The notes: generated from the sequence alone by a model not told the origin. DNA of 64,000 nucleotides from Eubacteriales bacterium (GCA_045636445.1 JAZTXO010000006.1:5077-69076); one strand, 5' to 3'; positions 48,569 to 59,381 are shown, counted from the first letter of the stretch. Numbers and translations are program-made.

Positions 48569-51500
48569 ATGGGTGAATTCGTTCATCTTCATCTTCATAC
48601 TGAATACAGCTTGCTTGACGGTGCTGCGAGAATATCATCTATTGCAGACAAAGCAATTTCCGACGGTCAGGATGCAGTAGCAATCACCGACCACGGAGTT
48701 ATGTATGGAGCTGTTGAGTTTTACACAGCTCTTAAATCAAAGGGTGTTAAGCCGATAATCGGATGTGAAGCTTACGTTGCGGCGAGATCTCGTTTTCTTA
48801 AGGAAGGGAAGCAGGATTCTTCCGGACATCACCTCGTTCTTCTTTGTAAAAACGGAGAAGGCTATAAAAATTTGTGTTATATGGTATCCGAAAGCTTTAT
48901 TTCCGGTTTTTATTCAAGACCTAGAATAGATATGGAGCTTTTACGCCAGTATCACGAAGGTTTGATAGCCCTTTCCGGATGTGTCGGTGGTAAAATCCCC
49001 TCGCTCATTCTTGCCGGCGCTATGGAAGAAGCTGAACAGTATGCTTTGGAGATGAAGCAGATATTCGGCGATGATTTTTATTTGGAAATTCAAAATCACG
49101 GTCTTGATGATGAGCGTAAAGTTGCGTATGGCATAAGACTTTTGAGTGAAAAATGCAATATTCCTATGGTTGCTACAAATGACGTCCATTATCTTGAACG
49201 TTCCGATGCGGATATGCAAGCTACATTAATGTGCATCCAAACCAATAACGTCGTTTCCGACGGCCGCCCCTTTGGTTTTGAAACGGATGAGTTTTATTTT
49301 AAAACTTCTTCGGAAATGAAGGTTCTTTTTGCCGGCTTTAAAGGTGCGATTGAAAACACGGTTAAAATTGCTGACAAGTGTAATTTTGATTTTGAGTTCG
49401 ACAAGCTCCACCTTCCAACATTCACGCCGGAGGATGACTTGACTCATGCTGCCAAGCTGAAAATGGAAGCGTACAAAGGCTTTGAGAGAAAACAAAAACA
49501 TGGTAAAATTAAGTTTGTAAAGTATCCTAAAGAAGTTTATGAGGAAAGAATAAAGTACGAGCTTTCCGTTATAGAAAAAATGGGATTCTCCGCTTACTTT
49601 TTGATAGTCAGCGATTTCGTATCTTATGCCAAAAATAACGATATTCCGGTAGGCCCGGGCAGAGGATCGGGCGCGGGTAGCCTTGTCGCTTATTTGATTG
49701 GTATTACAGATGTTGATCCGATTATATTCGATCTTCTCTTTGAGCGTTTTTTGAATCCTGAACGTGTTTCAATGCCTGATTTTGATATAGACTTTTGCTA
49801 TAACAGACGTGAGGAGGTAATTGAATACGTTAAAAGAAAATACGGCGATGATAAGGTCGCTCAGATCGTTACTTTCGGTACTCTTGCAGCAAGAGCTGCC
49901 GTAAGAGACGTTGGACGTGCTTTGGGAATGCCTTACAGCAAGGTTGATTCTGTTGCAAAGCTCGTTCCTCGTATGTCTCAAAGCATTGATGCGGCTATGG
50001 AAAACAAAGATTTTCTTAAGCTATATAATTCCGATGATGAAGTACACAAGCTCGTGGATTTAAGCCGAAAGCTTGAAGGTATGCCTCGTCATGCTTCAAC
50101 TCACGCTGCCGGTGTGGTTATCACCGAAGAACCTACCTATAAATATGTTCCTTTATCTTATAGCGGTACGGGTGTTGTTACGCAATTTGATATGAATACC
50201 GATGCAAAGCTGGGGCTCGTAAAATTCGATTTCCTGGGGTTGCGTTATCTTACGGTTATTCACGATGCCGAACTTGCAATACGGGAGCGTATACCCGACT
50301 TTGATATAACGAATATTCCGTTTGATGACGAAGAAACCTTTAAATTGCTATGTGACGGAAAAACAAACGGTGTATTCCAGCTTGAGTCGGACGGAATGAA
50401 GCAGGTTTTATCAAGACTTATGCCCTCATGCCTTGAGGATATAATCGCATGTGTTGCTTTGTATCGCCCGGGACCTATGGATTCTATTGATTCCTTTATT
50501 GCCAGAAAGCACGGTAATGAGAAGGTCAGTTATAAAACCGAAAAGCTAAAGCCGATTCTTGATGTTACTTATGGATGTATAGTATATCAAGAGCAGGTAA
50601 TGCAGATATGCAGAAGTCTTGCGGGATATTCATATGCAAGAGCAGATAATGTTCGTCGAGCGATGTCCAAAAAAAAGGAAGACGTCATGAAAGCCGAGAG
50701 AGAGGACTTTATAAAAGGTTCTGTTCAGCATGGCGTTTCGATAGATGTTGCCGAGGAGATTTTTGAAGAAATGCTTGGCTTCGCTCAGTACGCCTTTAAT
50801 AAGAGCCATGCAACTGCGTACGGAATTCTTTCTTATAGAACAGCCTACCTTAAGGCACATTATCCAACAGAATATTTTGCGTCGCTGCTGACAAGTGTGC
50901 TTGATAATACCGTAAAGGTCAGAGAATATATTTTAGACGCACAACGCTTTGGTATTTCCGTGCTTTCTCCTGATGTAAATAAAAGCCGTGAAACCTTTGC
51001 AACGGATGGAAAAAATATCAGATTTGGTCTTTTAGCGGTGAAAAACGTGGGCAGAAACTTTGCTAAAGCTGTCATTGACAAAAGAGCAAACCGAAGCTAT
51101 TCATCTTTTTCCGACTTTGTTTCAAGACTTATAGACGCAGATATAAACAAGCGAACTGTCGAATCTATGATTAAATGCGGTGTTTTCGATTCTCTTGGAG
51201 TTAATAGAAATTCTCTTATGTCCTGCTTCGAGGGTATCATTGATTCGGAGCATAACAAGATAAGAAACAATATCTCGGGACAAATGGATATGTTTTCTCA
51301 GGTGATTGATGTGGATAGTGATATTGAATATGATTATCCCGAGCTTGAAGAATATCCGATGAGAGTTTTACTTACAATGGAACGAGAAAGTTCCGGAATG
51401 TATTTTTCGGGGCAAATGATAGACGATTACTCATCTCACATATCAACGCTTTCTCCAGATTCTATCGCTGATATTATACGTGATTTAAGTGCTGATAGCC

Positions 51501-52057
51501 AAGATGTCAGCAAAACGAAATATAACGATCGCTCGTCGGTTACTGTTGCCGGAATTATCACTGCTAAGAAGATAAAGGCTTTGAAAAACGGTGATAATAT
51601 GGCGTTTATTGCCATAGAAGACAGATATGCACAAATAGAGGTTGTTGTTTTTGCAAAGCAGTATAATCAGTGCTACGATCTTCTTGAAGAGGAGAGTGGC
51701 GTTGTTGTAAAGGGAACTCTTTCAACAGAGGATTCCGAAACTCCCAAAATACTACTTTCCTCGATTGAAAGGCTTATTACCAACGATGATATGCGGAATA
51801 CAAAAAAAGCAGATGCCCCCTCAGATGTTAAAACGGCAGAAAAGCGTTTTTATATTCGCGTTCGATCTTTGGAAGACGAAAGAATAACGAAACTTCAAAG
51901 AATTTGTGCTTTTAACAGCGGTAAATATAGCGTTGTTCTTTATGACGAATCCAGCAAAAAGTATTCTGTGCTCAAGGGTGCAACCTTGTCTGACGAGGAA
52001 AAGGTTTTAGCTCGGTTAAATTCTGTTTTTTCTAAAGAAAATGTTGTATTTAAATAG
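48569..52057 (+). CDS. dnaE: DNA polymerase III alpha subunit (DnaE)
   Basis: HLHLHTEYSLLDG, GPGRGSGAGS, PDFDIDF, KFDFLGL, FNKSH. Confidence 0.98.
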   Translation: MGEFVHLHLHTEYSLLDGAARISSIADKAISDGQDAVAITDHGVMYGAVEFYTALKSKGVKPIIGCEAYVAARSRFLKEGKQDSSGHHLVLLCKNGEGYKNLCYMVSESFISGFYSRPRIDMELLRQYHEGLIALSGCVGGKIPSLILAGAMEEAEQYALEMKQIFGDDFYLEIQNHGLDDERKVAYGIRLLSEKCNIPMVATNDVHYLERSDADMQATLMCIQTNNVVSDGRPFGFETDEFYFKTSSEMKVLFAGFKGAIENTVKIADKCNFDFEFDKLHLPTFTPEDDLTHAAKLKMEAYKGFERKQKHGKIKFVKYPKEVYEERIKYELSVIEKMGFSAYFLIVSDFVSYAKNNDIPVGPGRGSGAGSLVAYLIGITDVDPIIFDLLFERFLNPERVSMPDFDIDFCYNRREEVIEYVKRKYGDDKVAQIVTFGTLAARAAVRDVGRALGMPYSKVDSVAKLVPRMSQSIDAAMENKDFLKLYNSDDEVHKLVDLSRKLEGMPRHASTHAAGVVITEEPTYKYVPLSYSGTGVVTQFDMNTDAKLGLVKFDFLGLRYLTVIHDAELAIRERIPDFDITNIPFDDEETFKLLCDGKTNGVFQLESDGMKQVLSRLMPSCLEDIIACVALYRPGPMDSIDSFIARKHGNEKVSYKTEKLKPILDVTYGCIVYQEQVMQICRSLAGYSYARADNVRRAMSKKKEDVMKAEREDFIKGSVQHGVSIDVAEEIFEEMLGFAQYAFNKSHATAYGILSYRTAYLKAHYPTEYFASLLTSVLDNTVKVREYILDAQRFGISVLSPDVNKSRETFATDGKNIRFGLLAVKNVGRNFAKAVIDKRANRSYSSFSDFVSRLIDADINKRTVESMIKCGVFDSLGVNRNSLMSCFEGIIDSEHNKIRNNISGQMDMFSQVIDVDSDIEYDYPELEEYPMRVLLTMERESSGMYFSGQMIDDYSSHISTLSPDSIADIIRDLSADSQDVSKTKYNDRSSVTVAGIITAKKIKALKNGDNMAFIAIEDRYAQIEVVVFAKQYNQCYDLLEEESGVVVKGTLSTEDSETPKILLSSIERLITNDDMRNTKKADAPSDVKTAEKRFYIRVRSLEDERITKLQRICAFNSGKYSVVLYDESSKKYSVLKGATLSDEEKVLARLNSVFSKENVVFK

Positions 52058-52066
52058 ATAACAACC

Positions 52067-52095
52067 TTGACAAGTTTTGTCGTTTGTATTATAAT
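52067..52095 (+). promoter_or_regulatory. SigA promoter of cvpA-clp-mrp unit
   Basis: Perfect TTGACA-N17-TATAAT. Confidence 0.85.
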
Positions 52096-52125
52096 TGTTT
52101 TTACGCTTTGTGAAAGGAGTTAAAT

Positions 52126-52809
52126 ATGATTTTATTAGCTATATTAATTGATTTGATTCTTCTTGGAATTGTTGCGTATGGTGTATATATGGGAATAAAA
52201 AAAGGCTTTGTCAGTATTATCGGTAAGCCTGTAAAAACTATAGCATCGCTTATTCTTGCATATACCTGTTGCTCTTGGTTTGGCAGATTGCTGATCGCAC
52301 CGTTGATCAATGCTCCTATTTCGGGATACGTTAGTGATTTTATATATAAAAATCTTCCGAATATATCTCCGCAAACAGGTATTGAAGAGTTGCCCACGCT
52401 TATGAAAATGGCAATCGCAGCATTTAACGTTGATTTAAGCGTAGCTCCCGGTGAATCTTATATTGATTGTGTTGTAGGATTGATCACAAGCCCCGTTGTT
52501 AATCTTATTTCCGTCGTTTTAGGCTTTATTGCGCTCTTCTTTATTGGAAAACTCCTGTTCGCATTTGCATTCTACCTCTTAAATAAGTTCTGCAATGCCG
52601 GACTTCTTGGGAAAGTAAATAAGATTCTCGGTATGGTGTTTGGCGTATTTATGTTTGTATTTGCCTCTTGGGGTTTGGCGGTTCTTCTGTCAATCTTCTT
52701 CCATTTGCCTGCGTTTGATGGGGTAGAACTTATATCCGGATTTGAAGGCGGATTGATTTATCGTTTCTTCAATACCTTTAATCCGATCGTACTTCTTCTT
52801 AGCTTTTAA
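52126..52809 (+). CDS. CvpA-family membrane protein
   Basis: IDLILL..GIKKGF and NKILGMVFG motifs. Confidence 0.72.
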   Translation: MILLAILIDLILLGIVAYGVYMGIKKGFVSIIGKPVKTIASLILAYTCCSWFGRLLIAPLINAPISGYVSDFIYKNLPNISPQTGIEELPTLMKMAIAAFNVDLSVAPGESYIDCVVGLITSPVVNLISVVLGFIALFFIGKLLFAFAFYLLNKFCNAGLLGKVNKILGMVFGVFMFVFASWGLAVLLSIFFHLPAFDGVELISGFEGGLIYRFFNTFNPIVLLLSF

Positions 52810-52835
52810 AGCATAAAATTATTTTAGGTGTTTTT

Positions 52836-55130
52836 ATGAAAATTCAAGTTTGTGCAAGATGTAAGAAAAGACCTGCTATGGTTTTTATTACACGAATTGA
52901 CAACGGTAGCAGCGTAAACGAAGGACTGTGTCTTAACTGTGCTTCGGAGCTTGGTATAAAGCCTGTTAACGATATGTTGAAAAAAATGGGTATAGATGAG
53001 GAAGCTATTCAAGGGATGTCAGCCGAAATTGACGGTTTGATGGAGAATGCTTTGGTTGAATCAAGTAATGATTCGGGAGATTCGGAAGGGACTAAAGTTC
53101 CGACATTGAATCTTGGAGAACTTTTCGGTATGCCTATGCAGCCTCCCGAACGTGGCGGTGATTCAAAGAAAAAAGGAGCTAAATCGGAAGCTCCGTCTAA
53201 AAAGCTTCTTTCGACTTATTGCTCTAATCTTAATGCAAAGGCTCTTGCCGGTAAAATTGATAAAATCGTCGGCAGAGATCGCGAAATAGACAGAATGATC
53301 CAGATTCTCTGCCGTAGGCAGAAAAACAACCCTTGTCTTATAGGTGAACCCGGTGTTGGTAAGACAGCTATAGTTGAAGAGCTTGCGTCCAGAATCGTTG
53401 AAGGTAAAGTTCCCGAGGTTCTTGCGGGATTTGAAATTTGGATGCTTGATTTAACTGCGCTTGTGGCAGGAACACAGTTCCGCGGTCAGTTTGAATCCCG
53501 TATACTTGGTTTGCTTAAGGAAATCAAATCCGCGGGAAATATTATTCTGATGATTGACGAGGTTCATAATATTGCCGGTGCAGGAGAGACCTCTGACGGT
53601 AGCATGAGTGCTGCCAATTTGTTAAAACCTGCTCTTTCCAGAGGAGAAATTCGTGTAATTGGCGCAACTACGCTAAAAGAGTACCGTAAGTGTATTGAAA
53701 AGGATAGCGCTCTCGAAAGACGCTTCCAGCCTGTAAAAGTGGACGAGCCCTCGGTCGAGGAAACCGTGAAAATTATCAAGGGCATTAAATCATACTATGA
53801 GTTGTTCCACAGTGTGAAAATTCCTGAAAATATAGCTCGTCTTGCTGCGTCGCTCTCTGAAAGATATATAACCGACAGATTCCTTCCCGATAAGGCGATA
53901 GACCTTATTGACGAAGCAGCTGCAAAGGCAGCTCTTTTGTGTCCCGAACTTAACGAAAAGAAGCGTAATGATAAACTTCTTGCAGATATAAGCAGGGAAA
54001 TGAGTGAGCTTGAATCAAAAGTAGAATCACCGGAAGGTCAAACCGAAGAAAATTATAAGCAAATTGCTGATTTGAAGGTTGAAAGAATTCGTTTGGAAAC
54101 AAGACAAAAAATTATCAACCCCATAGTTGATGATCTTGCGGTTACACCAAACGATATTTACAAGGTAATTGAGGTTTGGACCGGAATTCCTGCCGCAGAG
54201 CTTAGTGCGGGAGAAATATCCGAGCTTAACGGTCTGGGCGATAGAATTTCTGCTCAGATAATTGGTCAGGATGAAGCTGTTTGTGCGGTAGTAAGAGCAA
54301 TAAAACGTCGCAGAACCGGTGTCTCGTATAGACAAAATCCGGTTTCGATGATTTTTGCAGGGCCTACCGGTGTTGGTAAAACCGAGCTTGTAAAGGTTCT
54401 TGCGAGAGACTTGTTTAAGCAGCCGGAGTCGCTTATACGTCTTGATATGTCTGAGTTTATGGAAAAACATTCGGTTTCTCGAATTATCGGAGCGCCTCCC
54501 GGATACGTAGGTTACGATGAAGCGGGGCAGCTTACCGAAAAAATACGCAGAAGACCATATTCTGTAATCTTGTTTGACGAAATCGAAAAGGCGCATCCCG
54601 ACGTGATGAATATACTTCTTCAGGTTCTTGATGACGGTAAAATTACCGATGCGCAAGGACGAGAGGTTAATTTCGAGAATGCCGTTATAATTATGACGAC
54701 TAATGCGGGTAGCGAAACTTCCAGCGGTATAAGCGGATTCACTAACCAGAGAGAGCTTCAAGCGAAGGAGAAAACCGAAAAAGCTCTTTCATCCTTCCTT
54801 CGTCCCGAGTTTATAAACCGTATAGACGAGATAATAACCTTCCGACATTTGGATAAAAATGATTTTGTGAAGATTGCTGATATAATGATGAACAAGCTTA
54901 AAAACCATATGGACGAGCAGGGAATAAAACTTGCTTACGGTGATGATGTTCTTAATTATATTGCGGAAGAATCATTCTCGGAAAAATTCGGAGCACGTAA
55001 TATGCGTCGCTTTATTGAAAGAAACGTTGAAGATGCCCTCGCTACGCTTGTAATTGATAATTACGCAAGAAAGCTCGACGGCGTTTCTCTCTCGGTCGTT
55101 GATAACAAAATTAAATTTGATACTATTTGA
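52836..55130 (+). CDS. Clp/Hsp100 ATPase with N-terminal Zn finger (ClpE/ClpC-like)
   Basis: CARC..CLNC N-terminus; GEPGVGKT, IDEVH, RFLPDKAIDL, GPTGVGKT, RRPYSVILFDEIEKAH. Confidence 0.92.
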   Translation: MKIQVCARCKKRPAMVFITRIDNGSSVNEGLCLNCASELGIKPVNDMLKKMGIDEEAIQGMSAEIDGLMENALVESSNDSGDSEGTKVPTLNLGELFGMPMQPPERGGDSKKKGAKSEAPSKKLLSTYCSNLNAKALAGKIDKIVGRDREIDRMIQILCRRQKNNPCLIGEPGVGKTAIVEELASRIVEGKVPEVLAGFEIWMLDLTALVAGTQFRGQFESRILGLLKEIKSAGNIILMIDEVHNIAGAGETSDGSMSAANLLKPALSRGEIRVIGATTLKEYRKCIEKDSALERRFQPVKVDEPSVEETVKIIKGIKSYYELFHSVKIPENIARLAASLSERYITDRFLPDKAIDLIDEAAAKAALLCPELNEKKRNDKLLADISREMSELESKVESPEGQTEENYKQIADLKVERIRLETRQKIINPIVDDLAVTPNDIYKVIEVWTGIPAAELSAGEISELNGLGDRISAQIIGQDEAVCAVVRAIKRRRTGVSYRQNPVSMIFAGPTGVGKTELVKVLARDLFKQPESLIRLDMSEFMEKHSVSRIIGAPPGYVGYDEAGQLTEKIRRRPYSVILFDEIEKAHPDVMNILLQVLDDGKITDAQGREVNFENAVIIMTTNAGSETSSGISGFTNQRELQAKEKTEKALSSFLRPEFINRIDEIITFRHLDKNDFVKIADIMMNKLKNHMDEQGIKLAYGDDVLNYIAEESFSEKFGARNMRRFIERNVEDALATLVIDNYARKLDGVSLSVVDNKIKFDTI

Positions 55131-55149
55131 TATAAAGGAGATATAAATC

Positions 55150-55971
55150 ATGGCAGAATGTTCTCATGACTGTTCTACTTGCTCGCAAAAGTGTTCTAAA
55201 GAATCGCTTCTTGCTCCTCAGAACAAAGCGAGTAATGTAAAGCACGTCATAGGCGTTGTTAGCGGCAAGGGTGGTGTTGGTAAATCACTCGTTACTTCGA
55301 TGCTTGCCGTTGCAATGCAAAGAAGAGGCTATAAAGTGGGTATTCTTGATGCGGATATTACCGGTCCGTCTATTCCCAAGGCCTTTGGATTAAAAACCGG
55401 CTCGGTTGAGGGAAGCGATCTTGGAATGTTCCCTCCGAAGACCAAAACCGGAATTGAGGTTATGAGTGTTAACCTTTTGGTAGACGATGAAACAAAACCC
55501 GTTGTTTGGCGTGGCCCTGTAATTGCAGGAACTGTTAAGCAGTTCTGGACAGATGTTGTTTGGAACGAGGTCGACTATATGTTCGTTGATATGCCTCCCG
55601 GAACAGGCGACGTTCCGCTCACTGTTTTCCAGAGTCTTCCTCTTGACGGTATCGTTATAGTAAGCAGCCCCCAGGAGCTTGTTTCTATGATAGTTGAAAA
55701 GGCTGTGAATATGGCTGCTCTTATGGACGTTAAGGTTCTCGGTCTTGTTGAGAATTACAGCTATATCGTATGTCCTGATTGCGGCAAGGTTATAAGACCT
55801 TACGGTGAGAGCCGTATTGAAGAGCTTGCAAAAGCACATAATACCGCAGTTTTGGCACAACTTCCCATCGATCCCGAACTTGCTTCGCTTTGCGATAAGG
55901 GCGTAATCGAACTCTTTGAAGGAGATTACCTTGAAAGCGCTGCGGATAAAATTGAAGCAGCCCTTAAATAA
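55150..55971 (+). CDS. mrp: Mrp/NBP35 Fe-S cluster carrier
   Basis: N-terminal Cys cluster, SGKGGVGKS, DADITGPS, WRGP, DMPPGTGD, CPDC. Confidence 0.93.
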   Translation: MAECSHDCSTCSQKCSKESLLAPQNKASNVKHVIGVVSGKGGVGKSLVTSMLAVAMQRRGYKVGILDADITGPSIPKAFGLKTGSVEGSDLGMFPPKTKTGIEVMSVNLLVDDETKPVVWRGPVIAGTVKQFWTDVVWNEVDYMFVDMPPGTGDVPLTVFQSLPLDGIVIVSSPQELVSMIVEKAVNMAALMDVKVLGLVENYSYIVCPDCGKVIRPYGESRIEELAKAHNTAVLAQLPIDPELASLCDKGVIELFEGDYLESAADKIEAALK

Positions 55972-55979
55972 AGCATTAA

Positions 55980-56003
55980 AACCGCCCGTTAATTCGGGCG
56001 GTT
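55980..56003 (+). terminator. Hairpin after mrp
   Basis: aaccgcccg / cgggcggtt; weak U-tract. Confidence 0.55.
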
Positions 56004-56021
56004 GCATTAAATGGAGTCAAA

Positions 56022-57581
56022 ATGAAAATAAGCGTTGGTAGGATTGCAACAGTACGCGAAGAGCTTGTAAAAATGCAAGACGGCGTTAAGCTTTACACTA
56101 GGATTATAACTCCAAACCGGGGAAAAAGTTTTCCTATTATTTATATACGGACGCCTTATGCAAAATCAATAAACGAAGTCCCCCTTAATCTTGAAGAATA
56201 TGAGAATGATCCTTTTATAAATGCGGGATACGCAATAGTTTTTCAGCATTGTAGAGGAACCGGAGATAGCGAAGGCTTTTGTATTCCATACGAAAACGAA
56301 AGAGAAGACGGACTTTGTACACTTGAATACATACGTACTCTTGATTTTTATAACGGAGAAATATATCTGAAAGGTGGAAGTTATCTTTCCTCCGTTCATC
56401 TTTTGTATCTTGCTGATAAGCCTTCTGATATTAAGGGGGCTTTGCTCGAAATACAGACTGACAGAATGTATTTCAGAAATTATAAAAACGGTTGTAATTA
56501 TAATTTTTGCAATGCTGAGTGGTTTTTCGGTATGAGCAAGCGCAGGTATCCAACTCAGGATTTTTCACAGATAAACAAACGTCCCTATCTTGATATTGCC
56601 CACCGTGTTCTTGGAGAGGATTACCCGGAGCTTACGGAAATGCTTTTGAACTGCGAATACAACGATTATTGGAAAAATGATTCAAGGACCGATGTTATTG
56701 ACGCGATTAATTTTCCTGTTTTGTTTGTTGATGGCTGGTATGATTTCTACATTGACGGAATGTTCTCTATGTGGGAGAGGCTTTCCGACAAAAATAAAAA
56801 GCGTTCAGCTTTTATCGTTGGTCCGTGGGGACATGACGTAAAGGTGAATAAAAACTTCGATTATCCGAATTTAAATAACGGAAATCTTCCTTCGGATTAT
56901 GCTCTTGAGTGGTTTAACAGTATAAGGGAAAATCGTGAATATAAATATGCCGATCTTAATAAAGTAAACTATTATTCGGTTGGTGCGGATCGTTGGCAAA
57001 AGGGAGTATATTCAAATAACTGCGATAATCCGGAAATACTTCATTTCGATAAGCTTAATTCCAACTGTAAATCAAATGTGTTGAATTATGTTTACGATCC
57101 TGATGCCAAAATTGATCTTTTTAAAGAAAGCGGACTATATATTGCAGACGGAGTTGACAAGCTTTGTGGCGTTACTTCTTTCTACACCGATACGTTTTCT
57201 GAGGAAAGCTCTTATTTCGGTAAAATTGGATGTCATCTTACAGTTTCCTCCGATTGTGAAGATACAGCATTTTATGTTCATTTCAGTTTTATAGAGGATG
57301 GTATTTCATATCCATTAACAGAGGTTATCACGTCACTATCCGCTTTTTACCCATATTATACTCCGGGGAGTGTTGCTATACTTGATATTAATACACCCCC
57401 AATTGCATTTACGATAAAACCCGGAGGTGCTATTAGAATTGACGTATCATCAACCGGAGGCAAATATGTTCCACACGCAAACGTTAGAGGTCATTGGGCA
57501 AAAATTACAGAAGCAAAGATTGCTAATAATACTGTGTACCTTGATAAATCCTACGTGGAACTTCCTTGCATGAAAAATTAA
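56022..57581 (+). CDS. CocE/NonD-family (S15) serine hydrolase
   Basis: MQDGVKL, RTPY, CRGTGDSEG, GGSYLS nucleophile, GWYD, GPWGH. Confidence 0.9.
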   Translation: MKISVGRIATVREELVKMQDGVKLYTRIITPNRGKSFPIIYIRTPYAKSINEVPLNLEEYENDPFINAGYAIVFQHCRGTGDSEGFCIPYENEREDGLCTLEYIRTLDFYNGEIYLKGGSYLSSVHLLYLADKPSDIKGALLEIQTDRMYFRNYKNGCNYNFCNAEWFFGMSKRRYPTQDFSQINKRPYLDIAHRVLGEDYPELTEMLLNCEYNDYWKNDSRTDVIDAINFPVLFVDGWYDFYIDGMFSMWERLSDKNKKRSAFIVGPWGHDVKVNKNFDYPNLNNGNLPSDYALEWFNSIRENREYKYADLNKVNYYSVGADRWQKGVYSNNCDNPEILHFDKLNSNCKSNVLNYVYDPDAKIDLFKESGLYIADGVDKLCGVTSFYTDTFSEESSYFGKIGCHLTVSSDCEDTAFYVHFSFIEDGISYPLTEVITSLSAFYPYYTPGSVAILDINTPPIAFTIKPGGAIRIDVSSTGGKYVPHANVRGHWAKITEAKIANNTVYLDKSYVELPCMKN

Positions 57582-57586
57582 ATCGG

Positions 57587-57630
57587 CTCTCAAAGAACCT
57601 GCCTTAGTGTTCTTTGAGAGTTTTATTTTT
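57587..57630 (+). terminator. Terminator after hydrolase gene
   Basis: ctctcaaagaac / gttctttgagag + ttttattttt. Confidence 0.75.
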
Positions 57631-57723
57631 ATATCAACATTTTGTGACAATATATTTTGAATATTTGTGTTACAATGATTTAGCTCGTATATTTTAGTGC
57701 AAGAGCAGGGATGGAGATGAAGA

Positions 57724-58590
57724 ATGCAGACCTTATACATAGACGTGTATTTTCTTGTGAATTTTACCGTAGATTTATTGTCGTTATATTATGCATCGGT
57801 TCTCTCCAAAGTTCCAACTACAATCAAACGGGTGATTTCGGCATCGCTTGTTGCGTCTTTAACAGCGGTTGGCGTTGTGTTTTTAGGAGAACAAAAAATT
57901 CTTGGCGTTATTATTGCGTCGGCAGGGGTGATTTTCTCGGTAATTATTGGTTGTGCTAAAGTTTCGTTAAAAAGACATATTAAGTTTCTGATTTCTTTTC
58001 TTATATTTGAAGCTTTGTTTGGAGGAGGCGTGAGTTTTGTTTGGGGGATATTAGACGAACACCTTTACGATGCAATATCGTCCGAGACAACCCCTCCGGT
58101 AAATAGAAAACTTTTATTATTTGCACTGATTGTTCTTGTTTTTATAGGAGTATTTAAGATGATAGTTTCATTCTTTTCGAATATCGTTTCCGAAGGATCG
58201 GTAAATTTAGAGATAGAATTTTTTGATAAAAAGTTAACTTTCGAAGCTTTTGTAGATAGTGGTAATTTGGCGGTAGATCCTATGGATATGCAACCGATCG
58301 TTTTGATAAAGAAGGATATTGCCAAGAGATTTTTGCCTTCAAATATTGTTGAATTAAAGGATCCCGATTCAATTGAAAGTTGTATCAGACGAAGAATAAG
58401 GCTTGTTCCAATATCACGGGGTGGAGTTACCCACGTTTTAACAGGGATAAAGGTTGACAGTGTTAAAATTGCAGATGGAGAAAATCTGATTCCAATCGCA
58501 GTTACTTTTGCTATAGATAAAGAGGAGGGAAGCTATGGCGGATATTATGCTTTGATTCCCTCGGGGGTTGTTGGAGATGCAAAGAAATAA
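57724..58590 (+). CDS. spoIIGA: Pro-sigmaE processing aspartic protease
   Basis: YIDVYFLVNF, multi-TM N-terminus, FVDSGNL.DP; directly upstream of sigE. Confidence 0.9.
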   Translation: MQTLYIDVYFLVNFTVDLLSLYYASVLSKVPTTIKRVISASLVASLTAVGVVFLGEQKILGVIIASAGVIFSVIIGCAKVSLKRHIKFLISFLIFEALFGGGVSFVWGILDEHLYDAISSETTPPVNRKLLLFALIVLVFIGVFKMIVSFFSNIVSEGSVNLEIEFFDKKLTFEAFVDSGNLAVDPMDMQPIVLIKKDIAKRFLPSNIVELKDPDSIESCIRRRIRLVPISRGGVTHVLTGIKVDSVKIADGENLIPIAVTFAIDKEEGSYGGYYALIPSGVVGDAKK

Positions 58591-59293
58591 TCTGTTTTGT
58601 TCGCTTGTTGAAAAAATCAAATTATGTTTTAAGATATCGGGTTGTCAAAATCAAGTGTTTTATATTAACGGAAGCGAAACGCTTCCTGCCCCCCTCGACC
58701 AAGAGGAAGAAGAACGTTTGATTAAAACAATAGAAAACGAAGATTCAAGGGCGATTCTTATAGAGCATAATTTGCGTTTGGTTGCGTATATTGCAAAAAG
58801 ATTTGAAAATACAGGTGCAAATATAGAGGAGCTTATATCAATTGGAACAGTTGGACTTATAAAGGCTATTTCCAGCTTTAATATTGATAAAAATATCAGA
58901 CTTGCTACATACGCATCACGTTGCATAGAAAATGAAATATTAATGTTCATAAGAAAAAGTTCCTCTCAAAGAAAAGAGATTTCAATTGACGAGCCTTTAA
59001 GTGTTGATTGGGATGGTAATGAGTTGTTACTTTCAGATGTGCTTGGAAGCGAGTCGGATGTTGTAACGCGTGAAATGGAAGAGGACGAAGAAAAGCGTAT
59101 TGTCAGGGAAGCTGTTTTAGATCTTACGGTCAGAGAGCGACTTATTGTGGAGATGAGATACGGACTCGTTTCGGGAAAAGAACTTACACAAAAAGAGGTT
59201 GCAGATGCTCTTGGAATCTCTCAAAGTTATATTTCACGTTTAGAAAAAAAGATAATGGAACGCTTACGCAAAAAAATAGAGCAAAAGATTTAA
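58577..59293 (+). CDS. sigE: Sporulation sigma factor E
   Basis: YINGSETLPAPL, NLRLVAYIA, LATYASRCIENEILM, DWDGNELLLSD, ISQSYISRLEK. Confidence 0.93.
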   Translation: MQRNNLFCSLVEKIKLCFKISGCQNQVFYINGSETLPAPLDQEEEERLIKTIENEDSRAILIEHNLRLVAYIAKRFENTGANIEELISIGTVGLIKAISSFNIDKNIRLATYASRCIENEILMFIRKSSSQRKEISIDEPLSVDWDGNELLLSDVLGSESDVVTREMEEDEEKRIVREAVLDLTVRERLIVEMRYGLVSGKELTQKEVADALGISQSYISRLEKKIMERLRKKIEQKI

Positions 59294-59311
59294 TTTTTTT
59301 CAAAAAAACTA

Positions 59312-59340
59312 TTGCAAAAAGAAAAAATGTATGTTATAAT
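59312..59340 (+). promoter_or_regulatory. SigA promoter of rpmE
   Basis: TTGCAA-N17-TATAAT with extended TG. Confidence 0.75.
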
Positions 59341-59381
59341 ATAGTGCAATAAAATGATTAAATACGTAAAGAGGTGTTAAA

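Noticed and set aside
52066-52082. CtsR-like heptad repeat at the clp promoter
   Set aside because: Two mismatches per heptad, and one heptad is just the -35 box
54027-56007. Antisense ORFs of 244 and 205 aa
   Set aside because: Opposite the well-supported Clp ATPase and mrp genes
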